Assembly (NCBI GenBank): GCA_027623095.1
Contig: JAQBVM010000001.1
Location: 1,745-65,744 of the forward strand
From: Verrucomicrobiota bacterium
Lineage (GTDB): Bacteria; Verrucomicrobiota; Verrucomicrobiia; Limisphaerales; SIBE01
DNA length: 64,000 bases
Direction: 5' to 3'
The translations under genes were made by a program, and so were the position numbers. The notes under the pieces are model-generated. The model did no database searches and was not told the origin of the DNA. It saw nothing but the letters and a program-made list of their open reading frames with translations. Positions 8,504 through 17,327 of this stretch are shown piece after piece. Position 1 is the first letter of the stretch. Every line of letters starts with the position of its first letter.

Positions 8504-8548
8504 GCAAAATGCAATCTGTGTTTGTCGTATTGCCGCAAAATGCAATCT
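8504..8548. repeat. 14-bp direct repeat GCAAAATGCAATCT x2, start-to-start spacing 31 bp
   Basis: Exact copies at 8504-8517 and 8535-8548, in an ~800-bp gene-poor stretch ~270 bp upstream of the mla-like operon. Confidence 0.6.
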
Positions 8549-8820
8549 CATGCGGTTCGGTAGCGAGGAGCGTAGCATCGAGTGTTTCCGTCTAAACGCA
8601 GCTCACGTAACGAGTAACGCATTCCGATTCTGAGTTGGCCCTTCGATAGCTGGAGATTGAGAAGTGCTGAGATCAAGGCCCTTGCCCAAACGCATGCGAC
8701 GCACCGTACCTTGGAGTCGCCGAGGCCATCCTCGTCAAGCTACGGGTGGCAATTCCAATGGTCGGCGTTCGCACCTCGGCTTCACTCGAACGGTGCGTTT
8801 GAGGTAAAGGGATTCTCGCG

Positions 8821-9663
8821 ATGTGTCCATCCTCCGCAGATATTCCTTTCACTCCCGCAGTGGCCGGCCGACCCAGGCAATTCCTGGCGCGCGTGGGCGG
8901 GTGGACCAAGGCGCGGTGGTGCTCGATAAGGTACCTGGCGGCTGTGCTTGGGACGACGCTCATTCTTGGGTCGCAGCCGCGCCGATGGCGGCGGACGGTG
9001 CGGAGTGTCTTCGCACGACAAGTGTTTCTCTCAGGCGTCGAATCGGTGGGATTTGTTTTCATCGTGGCGGTGTTGGTCGGAATTTCGGTGGTGGTACAGC
9101 TGGATGTCTGGACTGCGAAACTCGGGCAGTCGCGGACTCTGGGGCAGTTGCTGGTCATGGTCGTCGCGCGGGAGTTGGGACCTTTGTTCGCCAACTTCGT
9201 GCTGATCGTGCGCGGCGGCAGCGCCATCACCGCCGAACTGGGCATCATGAAAGCTGGCGGCGAAGTGCGTGTTCTGGAAGCGCAAGGCATCGAGCCGCTC
9301 CTTTACCTGGTAATGCCACGCGTGTTAGGGATGGTCGTGTCGGCGTTTTGTCTGACCGTGATTTTCGTGCTTGTGGCGTTCGGCAGCGGCTTCGTGTTCG
9401 GCGCATTCATCGGTCAAACCAATGTGGATCCGTCTTCCTTACTGAACAGCGTGTTCAAAGCCGTTCATCCGTTCGACGGACTCGGTTTCCTTCTAAAATG
9501 CCTCCTTCCCGCCCTGCTCACGGCCGTGATTTGCTGCACGGAAGGGCTCTGCGTCGGCCAGGGAGTGACGGAGGTGCCACGGGCTGTGAAGCGCGCTCTC
9601 GCCAAATCGCTCGGCGCGTTGTTTGCGACGTCCGCCGTTGTATCTGTGCTCTCGTATCTATGA
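8821..9663 (+). CDS. mlaE: MlaE-family ABC transporter permease
   Basis: 280-aa polytopic protein. LGPLFANFVLIVRGGSAITAELGIMKAGGEVRVLEAQGIEP is the MlaE/Ttg2B signature region. Exact start uncertain. Confidence 0.8.
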   Translation: MCPSSADIPFTPAVAGRPRQFLARVGGWTKARWCSIRYLAAVLGTTLILGSQPRRWRRTVRSVFARQVFLSGVESVGFVFIVAVLVGISVVVQLDVWTAKLGQSRTLGQLLVMVVARELGPLFANFVLIVRGGSAITAELGIMKAGGEVRVLEAQGIEPLLYLVMPRVLGMVVSAFCLTVIFVLVAFGSGFVFGAFIGQTNVDPSSLLNSVFKAVHPFDGLGFLLKCLLPALLTAVICCTEGLCVGQGVTEVPRAVKRALAKSLGALFATSAVVSVLSYL

Positions 9664-10361
9664 CCTTGCCGCACTCCGTTCTGAAAATCAGCGGACTGAC
9701 AATCGAGTCGGGTCCGCAATTTGAAACAGGATTGACGGACGTTTCGTTGGAGTTGAACAGGAGTGAACTCCTGTTGGTGCATATCGAACGCGAAAACGAA
9801 CGCCTGCCGCTGGCGGATGCCGCCGAAGGACTCGTGATGCCGCAGCGCGGATGTGTCTTGTTTCTTGGGGAAGATTGGCAGGCCATGTCGGTGGACCACG
9901 CTGCGGCGCAACGCGGAAAAATGGGGCGTTTGTTCGATGACGAAGGCTGGATTGGCGATCTCGAGGTGGACGAGAACGTCATGCTGGCGCAGCGCCACCA
10001 TACGCGGCGGAGCGATGGCGAGATCCTGGAAGAAGCGTTGGGACTCGCGCGCCTGTTCGGGCTGCCCGGTCTGCCGCGCGGACGTCCGGGCAGCGTGCGG
10101 CGTTGGGACTTGCGCAAGGCGGCGTTCCTGCGCGCGTTCCTCGGACAGCCGGCCTTCATCATTCTGGAGCAGCCGGTGCGCGGCGTTTATGCCGATCTCA
10201 TGACCCCTCTCCTTCACGCTGTGCAATCCGCGCGCCAGCGGGGAGCCGCCGTGCTTTGGACCGTTACGGATCCGCAAATCTGGAACAACCCCGCAATTCA
10301 CGCGACCACCCGTGCGAGGATGTTCGGCTCGCAGTTGGAAATTGTGCCGGAGGCATTGTGA
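9660..10361 (+). CDS. MlaF-like ABC ATPase homologue with degenerate catalytic motifs
   Basis: In-frame internal ATG of track ORF 8823..10361, with an ATGA overlap on the mlaE stop. The ABC-ATPase layout is recognisable. Walker A position reads HIERENERL, the LSGG signature position reads VRRWDL, and Walker B reads FIILEQP instead of hhhhDEP. Confidence 0.65.
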   Translation: MTLPHSVLKISGLTIESGPQFETGLTDVSLELNRSELLLVHIERENERLPLADAAEGLVMPQRGCVLFLGEDWQAMSVDHAAAQRGKMGRLFDDEGWIGDLEVDENVMLAQRHHTRRSDGEILEEALGLARLFGLPGLPRGRPGSVRRWDLRKAAFLRAFLGQPAFIILEQPVRGVYADLMTPLLHAVQSARQRGAAVLWTVTDPQIWNNPAIHATTRARMFGSQLEIVPEAL

Positions 10362-11362
10362 CTCAAGAGCGCTTCAAATTCCGCCATGTGAACGAGCTGA
10401 CCGGCTTGTTGGTGCTGGCCGTCTTCGCGCTGGTGGTGGCCGGTGTCCTTTACAGCGGCCAATCTCAGCGGTGGTTCGCGCAGAAATACGCCTTCGACGT
10501 GCTCCTGCCGGAAAGCGGAGCGTTCGGTTTGAGACGCGGCGACGAGGTGTTTATTGCCGGAGTTTCGGTTGGTCTGGTGGACGATATTCGGGTGGGCCAG
10601 GATCGCCGGATGAAGGCGCATGTGAAAGTCCGCGGTGACTTCGAACGGTTCGTGCGCCTCGATTCCACGGCGGCCATCAAAAAAGTTTTTGGCGTGGCGG
10701 GTGATTCCTTTGTTGAAATCACCGTTGGCCACGGCCAGCCGCTACCCGCGCACCACGCCGAAATCACCTGTCTTTCGGTGGAGGAATTGCCGGCCAAAAT
10801 GGAGAGAATGCTGGAAGAACTCCGGGGCGAACTGTTGCCTGTTGTAAAAAAAGCCGGCGCGACGCTCGACGCTTGGACCCAGCTCGGCACTGATCTGCAA
10901 TACACGCAAGGAGAATTAGACCGGCTTCTCGCCAGGCTCGACAACCTCGCCACCGGCGTCGAGCAAGGCAAAGGCACCGCCGGAAAGCTGCTCACGGACA
11001 CCGCTCTGGCGGACGAAGCGCAGCAACTTCTGGCACAAGCGAACGAAGCGATGCGCGGGTGGCAGGATGTGATGACCAACCTCGCCGCCGCGGTCATCAA
11101 TGTCCGGAATGGCACGGCTCGGCTGCCGGACATCTCCGAGGCGATCGCCAGTGAAACAAAGAACTTGCCCGGTCTCATCCAGCAAACCCAGACCGCGATG
11201 CGCGAAGTCGAGCGATTGGCGGAAGCGCTGCAACGACACTGGCTCCTCCGCAAATACGTGGATAAAACCGATCCGCCGCCCGGGTGGCCGCAACCCGCGG
11301 GCCAAAAACCCGAAACAAAGCCCCTCCGGGTGTTCCGTTCACCAAAGGGTTCGATGAGGTGA
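10358..11362 (+). CDS. MlaD/MCE-domain substrate-binding protein with long coiled-coil tail
   Basis: GTG at 10358 (GTGA overlap with the upstream stop) within track ORF 10103..11362. TM helix [21 protein letters not shown] core [21 protein letters not shown]. Confidence 0.75.
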   Translation: MTQERFKFRHVNELTGLLVLAVFALVVAGVLYSGQSQRWFAQKYAFDVLLPESGAFGLRRGDEVFIAGVSVGLVDDIRVGQDRRMKAHVKVRGDFERFVRLDSTAAIKKVFGVAGDSFVEITVGHGQPLPAHHAEITCLSVEELPAKMERMLEELRGELLPVVKKAGATLDAWTQLGTDLQYTQGELDRLLARLDNLATGVEQGKGTAGKLLTDTALADEAQQLLAQANEAMRGWQDVMTNLAAAVINVRNGTARLPDISEAIASETKNLPGLIQQTQTAMREVERLAEALQRHWLLRKYVDKTDPPPGWPQPAGQKPETKPLRVFRSPKGSMR

Positions 11363-11393
11363 GCCCAACAGATTTATCCCCATAGAAACAAAC

Positions 11394-11912
11394 ATGAGCA
11401 TGATAAATGAGTTCAAGGAGTTTGCCACCAAGGGTAACATTGTGGATCTCGCCGCAGGCGTGATCATAGGCGTGGCTTTCGGCAATGTCGTCACTTCCGT
11501 GGTCAATGACATCCTCATGCCCCCGATCGGCAAGCTGTTGGGAGGCGTGAATTTTACCGACCTTTTCCTCAAACTCGATCCATCGAAACTGGCCAAAGAC
11601 GGCTCCGTCATCAAATCCCTCGCTCAAGCGAAGGAAGCCGGAGCCGCTGTCATCGCCTACGGCTCGTTCATCAACACGGTGATCGACTTCACTATCGTTG
11701 CCTTCTGCATTTTCATGATCGTCAAGGCGAAGAATAGACTGGAACCCAAGCCCGCCCCGTCCTTGCCCGCCGCGACACCGGAACCTACCAAGGAAGAAAA
11801 GGTGCTGGAAGAGATTCGCGACATTCTTAAGGCCATTCCTGAGCTTCGTGCCTCGACGGTCAGGCCCGCCGCTGCCGGACAACCGCAGTTTCCCTCAAAC
11901 ACCCAACACTAA
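11394..11912 (+). CDS. mscL: Large-conductance mechanosensitive channel
   Basis: [28 protein letters not shown]... is the canonical MscL N-terminus/TM1. The C-terminal extension is longer than usual. Confidence 0.9.
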   Translation: MSMINEFKEFATKGNIVDLAAGVIIGVAFGNVVTSVVNDILMPPIGKLLGGVNFTDLFLKLDPSKLAKDGSVIKSLAQAKEAGAAVIAYGSFINTVIDFTIVAFCIFMIVKAKNRLEPKPAPSLPAATPEPTKEEKVLEEIRDILKAIPELRASTVRPAAAGQPQFPSNTQH

Positions 11913-11920
11913 ATCCAACT

Positions 11921-12223
11921 ATGCATAACGTTTCCTTTTCATTGTTTGTCGGCGCGACGCTTGCGCTGGCATCCCTTTCACATGGCGCTGATCTGCTCGA
12001 ACGTCTCGGCCTCGGCAAAAGCGAATCGAGTACTCCGCTGGCGCCTGCCGGAACTGCCGGCGCGCTCAGCCCGGATCAAATGCTCGGCGGCCTCAAGGAA
12101 GCTCTGGCCAAGGGCGTGCAACATGCCATCACCAACCTTGGCCGGTCGGGCGGCTTTCGCGAGAATCCGGTGGCGAGAACCACCGACCTGCTCCGGAAGG
12201 TCTTCGGCGCTGTCGGCGAATGA
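11921..12223 (+). CDS. DUF4197-like protein, apparently truncated
   Basis: Signal peptide plus LSPDQMLGGLKEALAKGVQHAITNLGRSGGF.ENP resembles the first third of DUF4197. It stops at 100 aa, where I would expect roughly twice that. Confidence 0.45.
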   Translation: MHNVSFSLFVGATLALASLSHGADLLERLGLGKSESSTPLAPAGTAGALSPDQMLGGLKEALAKGVQHAITNLGRSGGFRENPVARTTDLLRKVFGAVGE

Positions 12224-12660
12224 ACGGGAATCGGAATGATCTGGAAATGAACACGTGCGTGACAATGAAAACGACGATTAAAACCGACAAGCAACGCATC
12301 CTGGTTGTGGACGACCAAGCCAGTAATACCCGGCTGCTGAAACTTTGCCTGGAAAGGACTAACGATTACGTGGTCAGGGAGGAAAATGACTCCATAGCCG
12401 CGCTTTCCGCGGCGGAGGAATTTCTGCCTCACTTGATCCTGCTCGATGTAATGATGCCGGGTATGGATGGCGGGGAATTGGCCGCTTGTTTTCAGGCGAA
12501 TCCGAAATTCAAAACCGTGCCAATTGTGTTTCTGACCGCGGCTGTCACGAAAGGAGAAGTTGCAGCCAGTGGCGGGAGCCTCGGGGGGAGAGCCTTTCTC
12601 GCCAAGCCGGTCGTGCTGACGGAAGTGGTCGCCTGTATCAAACGTCACCTGGGAGGATAA
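12220..12660 (+). CDS. Single-domain response regulator (receiver)
   Basis: ILVVDDQ...LILLDVMMPGMDG...FLAKP. Start ambiguous (ATG at 12220, 12247 or 12265). Confidence 0.8.
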   Translation: MNGNRNDLEMNTCVTMKTTIKTDKQRILVVDDQASNTRLLKLCLERTNDYVVREENDSIAALSAAEEFLPHLILLDVMMPGMDGGELAACFQANPKFKTVPIVFLTAAVTKGEVAASGGSLGGRAFLAKPVVLTEVVACIKRHLGG

Positions 12661-12663
12661 TTC

Positions 12664-14214
12664 ATGGAACCAATGACTATTCTCGGCGGTGACCCCGCTG
12701 CGGTGGAGATTGTCACCGAAGTCCGGCGGAAGGAGGTTCTGCTGAAGGCCGGGGCCTTGCAGAATGCGATTTTCAACAGCGCCAATTTCTCGAGTATCGC
12801 CACCGACGCGAATGGCGTCATTCAGATCTTCAACGTCGGCGCGGAACGTGTGCTGGGCTACGCAGCCGCCGACGTGATGAACAAGATCACGCCCGCCGAC
12901 ATTTCGGATCCGCAGGAGTTGATCGCGCGCGCCAAAGCGTTGAGCCTGGAGCTGGAAACCACCATTGCACCAGGGTTCGAGGCCTTGGTGTTCAAAGCCT
13001 CGCGTGGGATCGAAGACATCTACGAATTGACTTACTTTCGCAAGGACGGCAGCCGTTTTCCGGCCGTCGTGTCCGTCACGGCGTTGCGCGATGGTCAGGG
13101 CGGAATCATCGGCTATTTGCTAATCGGCACCGATAATACAGCTCGCAAGCGGGTCGAAGCCGAACAAAAGAAACTCGATCAGCGTCTGCGAGACCAACAA
13201 TTCTACACCCGCTCGCTCATCGAATCGAACATTGACGCGCTGATGACCACCGATCCGTCCGGTATCATCACCGACGTCAACAAACAAATGGAGGCGCTCA
13301 CCGGCTGCACCCGTGACGAGTTGATCGGCGCGCCGTTCAAGAACTATTTCACCGATCCGGAGCGGGCCGAAGCGGGCATCAAACTGGTGCTCAACGGGAG
13401 AAAGGTCACCGATTATGAACTGACCGCGTGCGCCAGGGATGGCAAGACAACATTGGTGTCCTACAACGCCACCACCTTCTACGACCGGGATCGGAAGCTG
13501 CAGGGCGTGTTCGCGGCCGCCCGCGACGTCACGGAGCGCAAACGCTTCGAGCGGGCTCTCCAGGAAACCAACGTCGAGATGGAGAGCGCCAAGTCCGCGG
13601 CCGAAAAAGCCAATCTGGCCAAGTCGGAGTTTCTCTCCAGCATGAGCCACGAGCTGCGCAGCCCGCTCAATGCGATCCTCGGCTTCGCTCAACTCATGGA
13701 GTCCTCTTCCCCGCTGCCGACGCCCTCCCAGTCGGAAAACATCGCGCACATTCTTCAGGCCGGATGGCATCTGTTGAATCTGATCAACGAAATCCTCGAT
13801 CTCGCCGTGATCGAGTCCGGCAAAGTGTCGCTGTCTCCGGAATCGGTGGGGCTGTCCGAAATCATGTCCGAGTGCCAGGCCATGATGGAGCCGTTGGCGC
13901 AAGGGCGGGGCATCGTCATGACCTTTCCCCGGTTCGGCTCCCCCATCTTTGTCCGGGCGGACCGGACCCGTTTGAAGCAGATTGTAATCAACCTGCTTTC
14001 CAACACGATCAAATACAACCGGGAACAGGGCGCCATCGACGTGGACTGCGCGGCGAGTGTCCCGGAACGTATTCGCATCAGCGTCCGGGATACCGGAGCC
14101 GGTTTGCCTTCCGAAAAGCTGGCGCAACTGTTCCAGCCTTTCAACCGGCTCGGACAGGAGGCCGGTGGCGTGGCCGGACCAAATACAGCTACGATGTTTG
14201 GGGAGAGACCGTGA
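12664..14214 (+). CDS. PAS-PAS sensor histidine kinase, C-terminally truncated (no G2 box)
   Basis: Two PAS modules, H-box SHELRSPLN, N-box LLSNTIKYN, G1 VRDTGAGL. The frame ends (…GQEAGGVAGPNTATMFGERP*) where the G2/ATP lid should follow. Confidence 0.8.
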   Translation: MEPMTILGGDPAAVEIVTEVRRKEVLLKAGALQNAIFNSANFSSIATDANGVIQIFNVGAERVLGYAAADVMNKITPADISDPQELIARAKALSLELETTIAPGFEALVFKASRGIEDIYELTYFRKDGSRFPAVVSVTALRDGQGGIIGYLLIGTDNTARKRVEAEQKKLDQRLRDQQFYTRSLIESNIDALMTTDPSGIITDVNKQMEALTGCTRDELIGAPFKNYFTDPERAEAGIKLVLNGRKVTDYELTACARDGKTTLVSYNATTFYDRDRKLQGVFAAARDVTERKRFERALQETNVEMESAKSAAEKANLAKSEFLSSMSHELRSPLNAILGFAQLMESSSPLPTPSQSENIAHILQAGWHLLNLINEILDLAVIESGKVSLSPESVGLSEIMSECQAMMEPLAQGRGIVMTFPRFGSPIFVRADRTRLKQIVINLLSNTIKYNREQGAIDVDCAASVPERIRISVRDTGAGLPSEKLAQLFQPFNRLGQEAGGVAGPNTATMFGERP

Positions 14215-14357
14215 ACAGCGCCTGGCACATGGAAACGTACGGCGCTCCCGGCCACATTCAAGTGAACGAAACCACCTGCGCCAGGCTGCGCGATCGATAC
14301 ATTCTTGAAGAGCGGGGCGAGTTTTTTGGGAAGGACCAAGGCGCGTTGAAAACCTAA
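14176..14357 (+). pseudogene. C-terminal ~60-residue fragment of a class III adenylate/guanylate cyclase domain
   Basis: A different frame from the kinase: GRTKYSYDVWGETVNSAWHMETYGAPGHIQVNETT...ERGEFFGKDQG, compared with the consensus YDVWGDTVNxASRME...G.IQV. ASR is changed to AWH. No upstream cyclase sequence and no start codon. Confidence 0.6.
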
Positions 14358-14419
14358 TTCTTGAAGGGACGCAAACCCGGGCGAACCGATGTCCTCCAGC
14401 GTCTCCCGCAGTCAACCTC

Positions 14420-14878
14420 ATGAAAGTCATTATGCACGATCTATTTCAAAAGCCGGTGCGGCGGTCTGAATCGAAGATTGATAGCCCATTTCAAAAGGGA
14501 ACCTCCGCGACGCTGTTGGTGGTGGATGACGAGCCAATCATGCGGGATATTGAAGTCCAGGCACTTGCCAGAGAGGGTTACCAAGTGCTTTCCGCAGCCG
14601 GTCCTGCCGAGGCGTTGCGGCTGGCCGCCGTCACTTCAACCATTGATCTCTTGTTGACCGATTACTCGATGCCCGAGGTCAATGGCGTTGAGCTGGTCCG
14701 CCGGTTCCGCAGGGTGCATCCGAAGACACCCGTGCTGATGGTTTCCGGCTCAATGGAGATGTTGAACGGCGCCGCCGCCAATCTAGAGCGGTTCGAGACT
14801 TTGGCCAAGCCATTCACAGCCAAAGAACTGGTTCAGAAGGTCCGCACTTTGCTAAATGGCGTGCTGCGTTCGCAGTGA
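14420..14878 (+). CDS. Single-domain response regulator (receiver)
   Basis: LLVVDDEP...LLLTDYSMPEVNG...VLMVSG...LAKPF. Confidence 0.85.
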   Translation: MKVIMHDLFQKPVRRSESKIDSPFQKGTSATLLVVDDEPIMRDIEVQALAREGYQVLSAAGPAEALRLAAVTSTIDLLLTDYSMPEVNGVELVRRFRRVHPKTPVLMVSGSMEMLNGAAANLERFETLAKPFTAKELVQKVRTLLNGVLRSQ

Positions 14879-15443
14879 TGAAAGCTTTGGCGACCCGCAT
14901 TTGTCCGGGATTTCCAACGGAATTCGCCTCGCGGCAAGCGAGAATTGTATGATAGGCTGCGATACGGCTGCGAAGCCTTGTTTACGGGCCACGCGCCCCC
15001 GCGAACAGCAAGAAAGCGTTTGACGAACTATTTTTCTCACCGGGGAATGATGATTGGAAGATGCTGAAGAACTTTCAATTCACTGCCGGACTCTTGCTGG
15101 CGTATCGCGGCCTCGCGCTTCGCCGAAATCTCGGAAGAAACAAGTGAGCGCCTGGAGAGGATTCCTTGAAGGCTGGAGCGACGCGGCGGCGGCGCTTCGG
15201 ATGTCTCGGGCTGCTCAAGCCAAAGCGGGGTCGTGCTGCGCGTGCCCCCGCGCTCCACACATACACGTCAGAGAGTCTTCCGGTTTATGGAGAGTCCCGA
15301 CCCTAAAGGAATTAGCGCGCTTTATTCCCGTGAACCGGTTGTGGAGGGACGAGGTCCCCCGAGTCCGGGAAACAGAGTCCGCGAAACGCTCTTTTGGCCT
15401 CCGGGACGTCGGCCCTCCAGATGGTGCCGGCTACCCCGAAAAT

Positions 15444-15512
15444 GGGAGGGTGAGGCTCTGCCGAACCCTGATTTCCATCGAAGAATGGGTTCGACGGGAG
15501 TCTCACCCTCCC
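15444..15512. repeat. Imperfect 15-bp inverted repeat (GGGAGGGTGAGGCTC ... GAGTCTCACCCTCCC), 39-nt spacer
   Basis: Read directly from the sequence, 14/15 complementary. It lies in a ~750-bp stretch (14879-15626) whose ORFs look non-coding. Confidence 0.65.
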
Positions 15513-15626
15513 CGCAATACCCGAACCTTGCTCGAATCTGCATTTTCATCCGAAGCGGTGTTCCAAATAGGAGGGGGGATTCATGGGTAGTTGAAGGGGG
15601 AAGTGGCGAACGAAGGAAGCCTCAGG

Positions 15627-16106
15627 CTACTTTTTTGGTGAGAACCTGGAGATTCGGCGCTTTGCCTCGGCAACCTGGTCATCCGTCATTCGCTGTTCGA
15701 TTTTTGCGAGATTTTTCATGGCGCGCTCGTCTCCGCTGGCTGCTGCGAGGCTTAACCACTTGAACCCTTCGATGTCGTCTCGATCCACCCCCCGCCCCAA
15801 AGCGCACATCATTCCAAGATTCGTTTGAGCCTGGGCATGGCCGTTTTCTGCGGCGCGTCCGAACCAAAAAGCGGCTTCGGAGTAGTCTTGAGCCACGCCC
15901 AGACCGTCATAGAATCGATCGCCGAGATCGTATTGCGCATTCGCGTTCCCGTTTTCCGCTTTCTCAATCGTCCCTCGAATATAGGCGATCTCGTACGTGT
16001 GAAGCTTTTTATTCACATTCTTGACGGTACTTGCTGTGCTCGAAACTTTGGAACGAACGGCTCGCGCGGAGGAGATGAGGGAAAATAGTCGCACGAACAG
16101 ATTCAT
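15627..16106 (-). CDS. Sel1-repeat (SLR/TPR-like) protein
   Basis: Repeated A.Y.LG..Y..G.GV..D...A..W...AA..G...A units (NANAQYDLGDRFYDGLGVAQDYSEAAFWFGRAAENGHAQAQ...). Confidence 0.8.
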   Translation of the reverse strand: MNLFVRLFSLISSARAVRSKVSSTASTVKNVNKKLHTYEIAYIRGTIEKAENGNANAQYDLGDRFYDGLGVAQDYSEAAFWFGRAAENGHAQAQTNLGMMCALGRGVDRDDIEGFKWLSLAAASGDERAMKNLAKIEQRMTDDQVAEAKRRISRFSPKK

Positions 16107-16130
16107 AATGCTTAAAGAATGGGTGCTGTT

Positions 16131-17327
16131 TCAATTGGGATCCGGAGAGTAGCTGAGGGGCAGGGGACCGTAGATGTGAACTGCGTAGGGCTCGAACTCA
16201 TCTTCAATCCAAGTATTTAGGATGGCAATAAGCCGGTCCTCACCGAGGACAGAGACCGCGCTAAGACTTAGATGCGGAACTGTGAAACTGTACACATGAC
16301 TCTGATCAGTGGTGTTCACTCCGAGCACGTAGTCTCCAGGGATTACGAACGGATTCCCCTTTTCAACCCGAAGCAACGAGACCGAAATGCTGGCGTCCAG
16401 AGCTGAGTTGAATCGCTTCGACGAATCTCCGTAGTGAGAGTGCGACGGCCACCAAATGTGTTCGGCCTCGAAAAGCGGCAGGTAGTGTCTTACCTCAGAA
16501 ACTACCTTCTTGAGGTCTTCCCATACTTCCGGATGTTCTTGGATTTTCCAGTCTCCGCCTTCGAATGCATAGAAGAAAAGTCCGTTTGCCCGCTGCGCAA
16601 GAGCGCAGTAGGCCATGCAGCGCATTTCCGCGTGAGTGGGCGGTCGAAGATTGGTTTCTCCTGGAAGCTGTTCCGGATACGCACTCCAGTCAAAAGCCTG
16701 CAGAACCGCGATCATTGGCTTTTTCTTTCCAAGCGAGAGGCGCGTCATTCGAAGGTGTTGCGGAAAATTGGCAAGTGGCAGCCATGGAATGGGATAGTGG
16801 TCGATCATCGTAATGTCTGTGATGTTGGCGTAATCGATACTCGTGTAACCGTGATAAATGACCAGTGTGGTGGGCTTCCGTGCGGGAAGATTCTTGATGA
16901 ACCGGTTGGCATTGGTCACTTGTTCTGGAGGAACCCTGTTCATATCGGGTTCGTCCACAAGATACCAGGCCCAAAGCGCCGGATGGGAATCGAATTGATG
17001 CACGACCGAACGAGCGGTCATCGAGTTGAACACTGGTCCTGCAGAAGTGCCTGGAGACGCCATAACACCCAGACCGAGGCTGGCAGCGGCATCCAGGTAA
17101 TCCTCGCGGGCCGGTCCTGAAACCAGATTGAATCCAGCTTTCCGCACCGTCACAAGGTCGTTCGTGGATGGTACCCCATAGATGCCGATTGGATAAAACC
17201 GGAGTGGTTTAGTCCGGCACGCGGTTGATAAAAGCAGCAGCAGTAGTGGGATCACGGCATTGAAAATGAAGCGATCGAGAAAGGTTCGCCTCGAATTCGC
17301 AGCCAACCGCCGTGGGCCGCGGCTCAT
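16131..17327 (-). CDS. Putative lipoprotein, glycoside-hydrolase-like TIM-barrel protein of a polysaccharide locus (weak call)
   Basis: The track ORF starts at 17546, inside the upstream gene. I prefer ATG 17327 (ATGA overlap with the upstream stop), giving MSRGPRRL...LLLLLSTAC, a signal/lipobox-like leader. Family assignment is tentative. Confidence 0.55.
   Translation of the reverse strand: MSRGPRRLAANSRRTFLDRFIFNAVIPLLLLLLSTACRTKPLRFYPIGIYGVPSTNDLVTVRKAGFNLVSGPAREDYLDAAASLGLGVMASPGTSAGPVFNSMTARSVVHQFDSHPALWAWYLVDEPDMNRVPPEQVTNANRFIKNLPARKPTTLVIYHGYTSIDYANITDITMIDHYPIPWLPLANFPQHLRMTRLSLGKKKPMIAVLQAFDWSAYPEQLPGETNLRPPTHAEMRCMAYCALAQRANGLFFYAFEGGDWKIQEHPEVWEDLKKVVSEVRHYLPLFEAEHIWWPSHSHYGDSSKRFNSALDASISVSLLRVEKGNPFVIPGDYVLGVNTTDQSHVYSFTVPHLSLSAVSVLGEDRLIAILNTWIEDEFEPYAVHIYGPLPLSYSPDPN

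Noticed and set aside
8823-10361. 512-aa ORF suggesting one large protein across mlaE and the ATPase-like gene
   Set aside because: The first 279 codons are an alternative frame of mlaE with implausible Arg/Gly-rich sequence. Only the part from the internal ATG at 9660 (ATGA overlap with the mlaE stop) looks like a real ABC-ATPase-fold protein.
13120-14430. 436-aa minus-strand ORF
   Set aside because: It is antisense to the PAS histidine kinase, with no recognisable domain and shadow-ORF composition.
15054-15763. Several 60-180-aa ORFs on both strands between the response regulator and the Sel1 gene
   Set aside because: They overlap one another, are Arg/Pro/Ser-rich, and run through repeat motifs. 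I treat the region as non-coding.
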